DNA from: Oikopleura dioica
Taxonomy: Eukaryota > Animalia > Chordata
Assembly: GCA_907165135.1 (NCBI GenBank)
Contig: OU015567.1
Span: forward strand, 15,190,001 to 15,254,000
DNA: 64,000 nt
Reading direction: 5' to 3'
How positions within the stretch are numbered: position 1 is the first letter of the stretch; the number at the start of each line of letters is the position of its first letter. The notes under the pieces are model-generated. The model made no database searches. It was not told where the DNA came from and was given only the letters and a program-made list of their open reading frames with translations. Positions 12,301 through 23,468 of this stretch are shown here, piece by piece. The translations under genes and the position numbers were made by a program.

Positions 12301-13595
12301 ATATCTCATTTCTGAAAGAATGCATTAATGTTGCTGTAAGTTATTTTGGCGCATGATCTTTTAAACTTTCTCGTGAGAAAATTAGTCAGGAAAAAAGACA
12401 GACGTAAAATTTTTCATTCTTCCTCGTGGAAAAAATAACTTTACGTAATTTTCGATGGAAAAAACACGATAAATTTGGGGTAAATTTATGGACGCGGCAA
12501 TTAATCCTTACCACAAGAATCTTTACTGACCTGTCTTGGCGTACTCGGAGATGAATCTCTTTGTCATAAATCGTACGCACAGGGCTTAAATGAACTTTAG
12601 ATTTTGTTTTTGCTTCGGAATTCCAAGGACGGGCAACTGGGGTTAAGATGTTTGATTCAATAAACTTGCGGCTAAGTTGTCGTCATATTTAACTACCTGC
12701 AGGAAGAGAGAATATTACGATCTTTTGATAGCAAACGTAACGTGCCAAGTGAGTAGGATGTCGAGGAACTGTCACGTGCCTGGAGAAGATGACTGTCCTT
12801 TTGCGTACTACTATTTGGTATTGATAATCAAAGTTGGAATGCCACATTCTATTTGGCGCGGATTAGGAATGTCCAAATTTTGTTTAAATTTGCAAAGTTC
12901 TACAATTGTAAAAACCAAGGGCGACTTGATTTTGTGATTTTCAAATGAATGAATTGCTGTTTTAAAATGTCGATTTTGCAGATTACTGAGTAAGGGCCAG
13001 ATTGCCGGAAATTTTGCTAACTGTGGAGGAAATACTTAATATTTGAGGCTTGCGTTTATGAGCATCTGCTAAAATGTTATCGCGCTGTATAACGCCTCGC
13101 CTGTAGCTGTACGTTAGCTCTTCTGAATTTGCTGTTCTGCTGACTTTTCTTAGTACTGCGCTAGCGAGTGTCTTTCTAGGACTTATTCTTCTTGTTGGAA
13201 AAGTTTGTGGAAAGACGCCCGGGCTGCTGGATCGACCGGAAGTGCGATCAAAGAAGGAATCAAATGCAGAGCTATTTTCATCAAATGACAAGCGGAAACG
13301 TATCGCGCAAGAGTTTTATCTGCTGCCAGCTGAAATCATAATTTCACCGTTTACCCGACTCAGAAAAAAGTCTCTTCCGTTAGGGTGCATTTGCTTCTTT
13401 TGCTGATCTAGGCGATTCTAGGCAATTCCGCAATGAGATTAAAAAGAACAGCGCCACCTGGCGGAAAGCTCAGCCAATAAGATTCCTGCATTTCAATATT
13501 TGACAATTTAGCTCGTCTCTTACCAGTTTTACCAACATTTTGAGTGCCCAATAGAACCACTTTGACTTGTTTCGATTGCGCAACAGCGATAAGTT
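9305..13595 (-). CDS. RERG/RASL11/RASL12-like small GTPase with atypical G3/G4; true start and end not resolved
   Basis: Exons 13595-13524 (VKVVLLGTQNVGKT), 12584-12531 (ALCVRFMTKRFISEYAKT), 12311-12238 (DNEIAYFDILDTSYE), 10233-~9896 (IRWGDAFMILFDINDPKSF...PVILVGTHTD), then C-terminal exons. Confidence 0.85.
10404..11529 (+). CDS. ODF3: Outer dense fiber protein 3 / SHIPPO1 family (PGP repeats), about 5 exons
   Basis: KGPGPGRY, CSPGPIY, TPGPGRY, KTPGPARY, KPGPGKY repeats and C-terminal YSMGIRHSEYIAPLI. Confidence 0.9.
11627..12002. mobile_element. Composite/nested copy of the CTGGGCTCGGCAAC MITE family
   Basis: Core 11755-11958 with TIRs gggctcggcaac..gtgtagaaaacctgagtcagggtc; outer symmetric arms 11712-11754 and 11959-12002. 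Confidence 0.85.
13450..13464 (-). promoter_or_regulatory. CTCF-like core motif
   Basis: Reverse complement reads CCGCCAGGTGGCGCT; sequence match only. Confidence 0.3.
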
Positions 13596-14233
13596 CTTAA
13601 ATAAAGGGATAAAAATATATTTTCAACGATGAAAATAGTAGCTTGTGTGGGAAACAACAGTAAGTCTGGCTGGATACAGTAGTCAAGCTTGTTTCCGCAA
13701 ACTTTGAGTTGTTGCAAAGTATCGGCCGCTATCTCGGAGAATCAATATTTGAGAAGCGAATTTCCATGTCTGAGACATTCTTCTTGCTAGAATTACTGAT
13801 TTCTCTTAGTTCTACTGTAGTTACAATAAGCAAACAAGCTTCCTTTTTCGAAAAAAGCATAGATTCTTCTTCACCCTAAAACAACCGCTCTCAGCGAAAA
13901 GAAGCGACGTCAATAAGGCTCGGGTGTGTTTCTGCCGTAAAAATTCACTGTGCCCGGAAAATTAAAAGATAAAAGCGATTTCGTTTTGGCGAACGGGCTC
14001 ATTAAATTTGGCGACATTTGGCCGAGTCAAACTTTTTTTCGCGATTCTTTTTGGTTAGATGAGTTTCTTGCAAAAGCGAAGGTCTCCATTTGTTTAAAAA
14101 TAAGGGGTTCCCTTAATTTAAGGATAGGGATCACAATTTACCTATATGAGAGGTTGTAGCTGGTCTTCGAAAACGCCTTTGTCTTTGCGGCGGGTTCGTT
14201 GATACTCTGGCTTTCTTTTCAAAAGATTTTGAA

Positions 14234-14266
14234 GATGATGATGATGATGATGATGATGACGATGAT
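14234..14266. repeat. (GAT)n microsatellite
   Basis: About 11 GAT/GAC units. Confidence 0.9.
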
Positions 14267-14964
14267 TTTTTTCACGTAAGTAACGACCTTGAAATCTCCA
14301 AGTGGAGAATGTAGGGAATGTTCGACAAGTGTTTTGGGGAAGTATTTTGGAATCATAAAACAAAAAAGTGTTCTGGGAACTTTCGACAGCGGACGAATGT
14401 TCAAATACAGACTATTTCAATTCGAAAGCTCGTGGCAGCTCGGCACCTGAACAGTCCTAAGTGTGATTTTTCTTGTCACTTTCAAGTTTCAGAGAGCAAC
14501 TTTTACTCAGAAGGAATGAAAGAAAATAGACTATGCTTTTTATGTAGAAAAATCGATTTTCTGCTTTACCGATTCGAACAATTATTATTTCTTCAAAATC
14601 CATTCCTTGTCATTTTTGATGTCTTCTTCTTGTATGACTGCATTTCTCCTGTTGCTCACCCTAGACATACAATACTAGTTTCTTCGGTTATTCTCTTTTT
14701 GGTTAGTCGGTTTATTTGCGTGTTCTTATTATTCTCTGGTGAAAAAAATGAAAATACGGAAAATCTGCTGAAAATGTAAATGTAAGTTTGTGAAGTTTAA
14801 AACATCAGAAGCTGGAGTCAATTCGGCCGCTGGACAAGCGGCGCTGCGCAGTATTTATCTTTGCAGCAATTGCTATTATCATAATATCCAAATGAGCTTA
14901 TTAAAATATCACTCTGTATTTATCACGTGATCGTTTTTGACGAAAAAATTGATTATTCCTATTA

Positions 14965-16440
14965 CCGGTGGTCTCGATTGCTCTTTTCGAAATCTTCTGT
15001 GTAGAAAACCTGATTCAGGGCCCCTGAGAGGACTTTGATAGAGATTGTTACTTTGGAGAAGCTTTTTTTTTTCAAGGAAGCCGCTATTGGGATTTTTGTA
15101 ACAGCCATTTTAAGATCCTGAGTCAGGATTTCTACACAGGTTGCCGAGCCCAGCTCTACAATTCTCTGAACAGGAATCGTCATCAAAAAAGTCAACGAAA
15201 GTCTATTATCATCCATTTTCAATTGAAAAATCTCTTGCTTTAGCGGAAAAAATGACCGAGTTTATGAGACTGATGACTGAAGACTGATAATTAACGCGTC
15301 AAAAGACAACCCCCGCTAATCTCTATAATCTGACAACAAAAACGCCGGGGATTATTTTTAAATACCAACTTCAGAATCAGAAAGTTCGTTTACCTTTTTT
15401 TGTGACTAGTTCCTAGCATGAGCAGCATTCCAAGCGTTTTGAACTTCATGGAACTAAAGTTCTCTGATTCAATTTTTTCGAATTCCATTAAAAAAAATAA
15501 GCCCTTCTCTCTTCTCTCGTAAATCTTACTTTTTTGAAGAAGAAGAAAAATCGAATATCAGAGTTGTTTACACTTTCGTGTCCAAGAATGATGTGACAGA
15601 TTACGGCAGAATTGGCAAGCGAAGCCAAACAAGAGGATTCACTATCGCTTGCGTTTTTGCTAAAATAACAGACATTTGTGACCTTAGCTCGTGATGGAAT
15701 TCGACTGGACATTCCTTGGCTCGGCAGCCTGTCCTGAAACCTTAGTCAGGGTTCAGAAAAAACCTTGATAAAAAAGCCGCGAAGATGATATTTTTTCGAT
15801 TGCAGCGTAGCCGCTCAGCGGCTTCTTCAAAAAAAAAAGCCGCGGCCTCATTTTGTATTGAAGCTCTTTCAGAACCCTGACACAGGTTTCTACTCAGGGT
15901 ACTTTGTATATCTTTGAAGAATTTACCTCGGAACTCGCTAAATTTGACACTTGTTCTCTAACCAAAAGACTGTAATTACTCCTTTTACCAAAATTTTTCA
16001 AATTCCGTAGCTGTCCATCAAATAAGCCGAAAAACTACTGTGTACTTTTCTCCTGTGATTGGACATAAACTTCCTCCGAAAAGCGATAAAACGACTGTAG
16101 TGTTGATCTTTCTTTTCTGAAGCCGCGTTTTGATCAGACCCTCGACCTCGAGTCCGAATCATGCCTGCACGAAAACTGTTAAATGGGGATCATCCCTTTT
16201 CTGTATCAGCCAGATTTGATGCCGGCTCATTAACAAGATCATCCTTTTATTTCATTATATGCAGCTTGGAACAGTTAAAAAGGGAGACGAAATTATGAAC
16301 TCAGAACTGCTCAATAAAAGCAGCAGTTTTTGGAAATTCTACACCTGTCTAACATTTGTATTGAGGTGAGCCACTTGATACGAGTCCAAACCACGAAGCG
16401 TTAGAAATGATCGTCCATTCTGCACCTGAACTAGCTGCGC
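14965..16440 (-). CDS. Probable uncharacterised multi-exon gene
   Basis: Splice-bounded open stretches such as ECPVEFHHELRSQMSVILAK (from 15714), KIYERREEGLFFLMEFEKIESEN and QEIFQLKMDDNRLSL; not all joins resolved. Confidence 0.35.
14997..15153. mobile_element. CTGGGCTC-family MITE copy
   Basis: ctgtgtagaaaacctgattcagggcc ... cctgagtcaggatttctacacaggttgccgagcccag. Confidence 0.85.
15715..15899. mobile_element. CTGGGCTC-family MITE copy
   Basis: cttggctcggcagcctgtcc...agtcagggttc ... gaaccctgacacaggtttctactcaggg. Confidence 0.8.
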
Positions 16441-16567
16441 CCTAAAAACTTTTATCGCTCTCTCCTTCGGGAAATTCTATTTGCAATTCAAAATTCAGTC
16501 AAAAGAGAAAAAAATTATACAGAACAAATGGTTTTGGGCAAAAAAAATTTGCGGAATTCTTATTTTG

Positions 16568-16771
16568 GCTGAGCTCTGAGCGATTTTTGAGCGATAAACG
16601 AGCGGAGTGACAAAAACTTAAACTTGAGAAAACGCTTGCTGCTTCGAATTATTCGAAAAAGAACCGCGCAAAGCGCGGCTAAATTGATATCTTCTTGAAG
16701 CCGCAAGCGGCTTCTTGAGTTTTATTTGTCGCTCCGCTCGCTCATCGCTCAAAAATCGCTCCGAGCTCAGC
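16568..16771. mobile_element. MITE with GCTGAGCTC.GAGCGATTTTTGAGCGAT TIRs
   Basis: Long imperfect inverted termini; internal gccgc..gcggc hairpins like those in the CTGGGCTC family. Confidence 0.8.
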
Positions 16772-17483
16772 GGAACTGGAATTCTTGATTTTTAAATCAG
16801 ATTCTCTTCCATGATTTCAGCGTCGCCCGTCCTTGTTTTCCCTACATACTTTCCTTTGATAGACGTACATTTGGTAGTTCTGACGCTAATTTAGCGATAG
16901 TGATTGAGTCGGATAAAAAGCACGTCAAAAGTTGAGCCCAGCCCAGGTGTTCAAATCCGCGCAAACAACGCGAGACAAGCAACACGTCAAAAGCGCAAAT
17001 AAATCAGTACTTGAATCTTTTCACTAAAATTCTTCGCCCCTCTCTATTTTCCTCATGCAAGGAATGAACTTCAGGCTGTCATCAAACGACTGTACAGGCA
17101 AAGACAGTATATACACCTTGAATTGAAAGAAAAAGCTAACAAAACTGACCTTTCAAAAAGTGGCCAAAGATTTGAAGATTCATATCCTCCGACGAAAAAT
17201 TTCCAAGAGTTCAAAGAAATGATAAAAAAATGGACCCGAAAAGCGTAAAACGGAATAAAGAAAATGGACATGAGAATCGTATCATCCAACGAATGAAAGA
17301 TTATTATAGAAACTTCTGCAAAATAAGTTGCTGTTCGACTGAAAAGAAACAAATTTATGACGACTTTTACGGGGTGTAATTGCATAGAATGATAAATAAT
17401 AACGAGTTCAAATGCATGCTATTACTTCCGCTAACTCTTCTCGTCACAAGAAAAAGTCTTCCAAAAAGCTATAGAGAGAAAGT

Positions 17484-18869
17484 ATGCTCGTTCTTTTTCA
17501 TTTTTTGCTAGGGCTTGGCTCTGCATGCGAGTTCTTCGATCTAAGCTGCAATCAGACTCATGCAACACTGTCCCTGTCAAGTTTTGAAATCAAGAAAGAA
17601 TTAATTTTTTGTCTTTACAATTTCAAAACGAAATGAAAGAGCACAAGTTGTGGCAATAACACTGCTTATTTCGACTCAAATTTTACCGGATTGTATATCT
17701 CTCAGACGAAAAGTCTTGACGTCAAGACTCAGCTCAATTCAAACTGTGAATTGTCATCAACGATGGACTTTGAATACGTTGCTTGCTTTCAGGAAAATCA
17801 AGGTAAAAAGAGAAATTTCTCACTCAAAATGATGTTTTTTTAGAAAATTTTACCGGATATTTGGTCCAATATTTGGAATTTGAAGGTTCTTTTGTTCCTC
17901 TTATGACCCGCGAAGCTCAAGAACTCGTTTGCGAGCGTGCATCTTACGATAATTACACCCATCCTGATGAGATTCCTTTTAACCGAACAGGTATGAGACA
18001 AACAACTGTATAATCATTTGGTGAAATCACAGCTTTACTAACAACAACGCACGGTGTTGCTGGAAAAATTCCCCTTACGGAAGACTCGGTTCCTGAAATA
18101 TCTTTGACAACCATCGGTGGCAGCAAACTAGGAGATAAAATGGTACTAAAAGGAGTCACAAGTTTCGGCACACCTGGCGTTATTCTCGTCAATTGTACTC
18201 TTCGCATGGAGAACAAAACTTTCCAAATCATCGATAACAAGTTTGTTCATGAAAAGAGACAGTATACCAGAAAAGTTTTAAGGGAGATAACTGCCGTAGG
18301 ACATATTATAAAGGGCGAAATAAGATGTGATCATTCTTTTCAATTCAGACGCTTTTCTACATCTCCTGACACAGGAAAAAGGTTTAAATAACTACCTAAT
18401 TTACTGTAGAATGAACGATAAAATATCTTTCAAAAAGCTTTTTCGATTGATTTCAAATGTCTCGTTGAGCTTGGCCCAACCCCGCGAACCGCTCTCGGCT
18501 GTTGCTGCGAGTTTACTTCAGCCTATGGTGGCGGCAGAACCTGTATTGCGACAGGTTGATTACCCGAATTAATTACTGTAGTGTTACTGTATTTTATAAG
18601 GAGAACTTTACAACGGAAGGGACATTTATGACTGCGACGACGGAAAATCAATGTTTTATTGGAGCTGGACTCATCCAGCGTGGTACCTGGGCACTGGCTT
18701 CGAACTAGGTTATATTACGTATAATTGAAGAGGACAATACGGCCACAGCGGTATGTGTCTTGGAGACTATGGCGAGTTTGAAACTGGAATTTACGAGTGG
18801 ACTGCATTATCATACACTATTGATTTGGCATTGGAATGCAACGTTCACTATCCGAAAAAGTACTTTTAG
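17484..18869 (+). CDS. Secreted Cys-containing protein, paralog A (degenerate ZP-like; oikosin-like by inference)
   Basis: Signal peptide MLVLFHFLLGLGSA-CEFFDLSCNQTH; VILVNCTLRMENKTFQIIDN; GCCCEF; several short introns; close paralog at 27020-28426. Confidence 0.7.
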
Positions 18870-20322
18870 AAGAAATTCCTTTAAGACTCATGCGAGCCCG
18901 AATTTTTCAATAAAACAATGCGTCAAAAAATAATTCTGGTGTTATTTTTTACAAAAAATAAATGCGAATTACTGAAAGCAAAATTGATTTATTAGAAATT
19001 TTTCACATAAGCGACATAAATGATATTCATTTGAAAAAATTTTGAGCGGAAGGCGTGCCGCACATATCAGCAAAAATTGATAGGATATTTCATGCTCTAG
19101 TAGATTTGTAGAATTCTAGTCGTTAGCACTTTAAAAGGTCTGTGGCTATTCTGTTACGCCGCGTTGTTTGTTATCTTCAAAGCGGTCTCGGTCTAACCTT
19201 TCGTTCAGTACCTTCTATTCTTACTAGCAGATGGCATGGTGCAAGCAATTCGGAGTATCAAAAAACAAAAGTTCTTACGAGTTCACTTTCTTTATAAAAA
19301 CGACAAAATGTCTCAATTAAAGATAAATAGACTTAGATTAATCCTGCCATGGTTTTGATTTTGCAGATTTTCAAGTTGCTTATTTATCTATAAGCAATTT
19401 TATTTCTTTTATTTTTTGTCGACAGAATTATTTATTTGTACCTTCCTAAATTTCTAAAATAACATCATTTGAGCGTTTTTTTTCTTCTTTGCGAAAAAGC
19501 TTTAAAATTTTCGGGTCAATTCGTAACGCCAACCTAAATATTCATCAGTTGGCTTGGAACATTTTTTAACTAAAACTAACGAAATTGCTCTATAAACCAG
19601 AAATAATGAAGCCTTTTATGCCTAAAGAGATATGAAGACACTATCTATAGCCGGTCATTTGCTTTTTAAAGGTCTTTGGTTATTCTGCCAAGCGGCCTCA
19701 TTTGTTTTCTTCAAAGGACTCCCGGTTTTACCTTTCTCAGTGTTCTATGTTGGATATGACTCGAAAGAACATATTTGAAATCTCAGTACATATCTCCATA
19801 TCGTACAAGGTTGTTAGCCATTTCTTCATTATTGAAAAGGATCAAGACGAAATTACCAATGATTCAGTTAACTGCCTTAATTTGAAATCTTTTCATTGTG
19901 AGGATTTATAAATCCAAAACATTACCTGTCAGTCTAATTGTTAAGGATATAGCCTTGAATATTGAACTTTCGTAGCGCCGAATCCCTGTTACGAATTCAT
20001 TCATTTTCAAATTAACCCTACCTAAAATTCATCGTAGATTTCGAAAATGACCTTATTTTTAGTACTTTCTATGGTGTTTGTACCTAAAAATCGCCTTTAA
20101 AATAAAACAGACCGTCGTTCTCTGAAAATTTCCATTAAAAAGGTAAATCTGGATTGATGATATGAAAGATTGAAGCCTTATCTCTAGGCATAACGTACAA
20201 AAAAATCAACTTTTTCCCTGTAAGAGATATCAATTTGAAACTTTGGGAGCAGCAAGAGTACCCAAAACGACTTTTCAAAATTTTTTGGAAAAAAAATTTT
20301 GGTACTTTTTAGTACTATTTTT

Positions 20323-20541
20323 CTCCAATCTAGCGGTGGATTTTGTAAAAATATTGAAGATTACGGCTTCTAGGAACTGGTTTTTTATTGTACTTCGAAA
20401 TGGAGAGTGGCGCGCGCTGCCAATCAGAGCGAGGGGAGAATCCCAGTTAGATTTCGTCCAAGCTGTCGACAAAATTTCTCCCGTAAAATAGGATGAGCGA
20501 TGGCTGAGTGAGATTTTCCCCTCGCTCTCATTGGCTGCGCG
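20323..20541. mobile_element. Truncated copy of the CTCCAATCTAGCGG MITE
   Basis: Near-identical direct match to ~23155-23372. Confidence 0.85.
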
Positions 20542-20679
20542 TTTCATCCCAACAATGGTTTTTGCAATTTGATTCGGTTCACCCTTCAGAAAACGTTCAT
20601 AGAGTCGCCTATAGCAAACCGCTCTTTTTGCAGGCTATATTCAGTCAATAAAATAAGTTTTGAAAAAAAGAAGCCCAGT

Positions 20680-22363
20680 GCCCGTGATGCATCGTACAGC
20701 CTACACTTGGGCTCGACAACATGTGTAGAAAACCTGGGTCAGGGTCCACGCGGCTTTTCGTAAACGCAGACTCAGTTATTCTACACATGTTACGAAACCC
20801 AGTTCTACTGATTGAACATTCGTCGCTCCCAAGGTTTCGAAACTCTCAATGAGAATCGAATTAGCCCGAAGTTGAGTGTAGCTTGAAACTGGGCTCCTTA
20901 TTCGGGCCTTAACCAAAATGTATATATGGAAATTAACAATAATGAATTGAGAGCCCAAGCAAGAGTCACTCAGAATAAAGCTGATTTTCTCGACAACCAA
21001 TTCCAAAATTTCCAGAGCCTTCAGCTCAGCGATGACTTGCCGCTTGATGTCCTCAGCTTTCTTTCCGGTATCAGCCCTCACAAGGGACAATAAAATGCTT
21101 GAACCTTCTTGATCAATCAGACTGAACGAGAGGCTCAAAAATAATTTCAAAAAACTGAATCAAATCAGAAATCACTTTGAATTTTGGCTCAGGTTTTTTA
21201 CACTGATTTTGGAGCCCAGCTAAGTGCTAAAAGTGGCACTTGTCGGTTCGTAACGGTACCATCTTTGTGCTTGGATAAGTAAACTCAAAAAAACCTAGGG
21301 TATCTCACGCCAACCACTTCCTAGTGCTAACGTTACATATTCCGAAGATTCGAGGAACTGTACACGTTGAGTTTGAAGGACAGCTGGAAATCCGGGTACA
21401 AGAGAATTTATATACGATTGGGAAGGAATCGCGTATTTAACTCGGCCATTTTCGGTTTTCCGGAGAGGGCCCAAGCACTTGTTGGCGTCAACAACGTTCT
21501 GCAAAAATTTTACAATGCCCGTCGTGGGTAGATTCTCCATTTTACTCGTAATCAACATCTGCAACATAACATAATTCCACGTCTTCTGAGAGCCTTGACC
21601 AGAAAAGGATTTATTCTGATCAAAGCTTTCTTCTGGTCTTCTTATTTTTGAAAAAATATTTGCCAAAGAACTAAGAAATTAATAATAATAATAATTTTTT
21701 TTTAAACAAACCAAGTATCAGAGAGCTCTGGAAGAGTTTGATCCATTTCAATATCGGGGGTATCATACATAATATAGTCTTCATCACTATAATCTGGAAG
21801 AGCAGGTGGAGCTGGTCGTTGAATTTTCAAGCAAAAATAATAATCGTCTGGGTTATTGGGAGAATGAAGCAAGCTCACAAGATCTCTGCGAATTTGCTGC
21901 GAAGAACGTTTTGGAAAATCAGCGATATCAAGAACTTCAGGTGGAAACAAGAGGTGTCGTTTAGACGGATCGAAAATTCCACTGAAAAATTAGGTATTTA
22001 AAAATGACGAGTTCATTTTTACTTATGAAGGTAATTGTTGATCTTCGAACTCCCTTTCGATCGATAGTAGGATGAGCATTTGATATAATCTCGCCATCTT
22101 TGTTTGTATCCTTGGTTGTAAAGAGAAACATTTTCGTTCCATTCATCTTCAGTTGTGACACCATTCGCAATAAGAATCTTCTTCACACTCTCTACAGTTA
22201 GCACACAAAAATCAGTCGAATGACTGATTGTATAAAATGTCGAAAAAAATAGTAAAAACAAAGATCTCATTTCGAAAAAAGCCAATGCGATCGGCAAGTG
22301 AAGTAACCGGCGTTCAAGAAGCGTTAAAAATGCGTGCTTGCAGAATACAAGGCGCCGTCTCAA
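20680..22363 (-). CDS. Intron-containing DDE transposase of the CxxH clade (hAT/P/MULE/Kolobok); C-terminal part truncated or disrupted
   Basis: Spliced core YAIPSQSYINSLVP...YVTLALDGTVTNRQVPLLALSCLIDQEG...KISFILSDS...QLRAN...VELGCTMHHG gives D1, D2 and CxxH; 5' exons uncertain. Confidence 0.7.
20706..20802. mobile_element. Short CTGGGCTC-family MITE, almost coextensive with a transposase intron
   Basis: cttgggctcgacaacatgtgtagaaaacctgggtcagggtcc ... actcagttattctacacatgttacgaaacccag. Confidence 0.8.
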
Positions 22364-22429
22364 AGACTTAATTTAGAGAAAAGGATTTTTAATTTTTTGT
22401 TCTTCAAATTTGTGAGTTCTTGAACTACA

Positions 22430-22830
22430 GTGACCTTAGATGACCTCAATTTGAACTTTCGTGTGACTAGATAAAAAATGTCCACTTTTTTAACGTGGAA
22501 CCCATAAATTTTACGTTAGTCATGATTTTTCCGAAAAGTTCAAAAAATTAAAAATTGAACTTTTGACCTTGAATGACCCCAAGATGAACTTTTTAAAAAT
22601 TTTCGATCATGTGATCGAAATCCTCGACATTTTTTATGTTGAACCAATAAGTTTCAGGTAAATGCGGTATTTTTTTCAAAAATCAAATTTTTGAACTTTG
22701 ATGACCTCGAGTGACCCCAAGATGAACTTTTTCAAAATTTTTGATCACGTGATCGGAATCCTGGACATCTTTTATGCCAAACCTATAAGTTTCAAAAAAA
22801 ATCATGTTATTTTTGAAAAAGGCCGATTTT
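22430..22830. repeat. Three-copy ~135-138-bp tandem repeat
   Basis: Units start tgaccttagatgacct (~22431), tgaccttgaatgaccc (~22564), tgacctcgagtgaccc (~22703). Confidence 0.8.
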
Positions 22831-23149
22831 TGAAATAAGTGATGACTCATCAGATTCCGAGTTTTTCATCCCTAGAATCCAGAGAACCCCCAATGCACCC
22901 CTTTTTATTGAAGTTTCTTACTCAGTTTTTTGCGCTCTTTCAAATGAGCATACTTACAACCCCGTAGCTTGGATTGCTCGAAAAATCAATTTTTTGACAA
23001 CTTTGGGGTACTTAAAAAGTACTAAATTTGAAAATTTTGAATTTTTTTTTATTTGTAATGTTATCCGAGCACAAAAATCTATATCATATCTGAAAATCAG
23101 CTTCCTGCGACCTTCAGATAAAAAGTCGATTTTTTGTGCGTTATGCCTA

Positions 23150-23468
23150 CTTATCTCCAATCTAGCGGTGGATTTTGTAAAAATATTGAAGATTATTATT
23201 ATTACTAACTGGTTTATGATTGTACTTCGAAATGGAGAGTGGCGCGCGCTGCCAATCAGAGCGAGGGGAGAATCCCAGTTAGATTTCGTCCAAGCTGTCG
23301 ACAAAATTTCTCCCGTAAAATAGGATGAGCGATGGCTGAGTGAGATTTTCCCCTCGCTCTCATTGGCTGCGCGCGCCACTCTCCTTTTCGAAGTACAATA
23401 AAAAACCAGTTCCTAGAAGCCGTAATCTTCAATATTTTTACAAAATCCACCGCTAGATTGGAGATAAG
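23150..23468. mobile_element. Complete palindromic MITE inserted in the right arm of the TTAA element
   Basis: cttatctccaatctagcggtggattttgtaaaaatattgaagatt ... aatcttcaatatttttacaaaatccaccgctagattggagataag. Confidence 0.85.

Noticed and set aside
12983-13291. 102-aa minus-strand ORF inside a GTPase intron
   Set aside because: No ATG start and no recognisable domain; an alternative exon cannot be supported
14142-14404. Poly-His and poly-Ile ORFs
   Set aside because: Products of the (GAT)n microsatellite; no consistent exon structure
15560-15600. IILGHESVNNS as the GTPase P-loop
   Set aside because: The real G1 exon is at 13595-13524 with a correct phase-1 GT donor
16930-16970. GTTCAAATCC B-box-like motif suggesting a tRNA
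   Set aside because: No cloverleaf or A-box
17050-17385. Lys-rich coding-like fragments on both strands
   Set aside because: Interrupted by stops, with no consistent splice model or recognisable family
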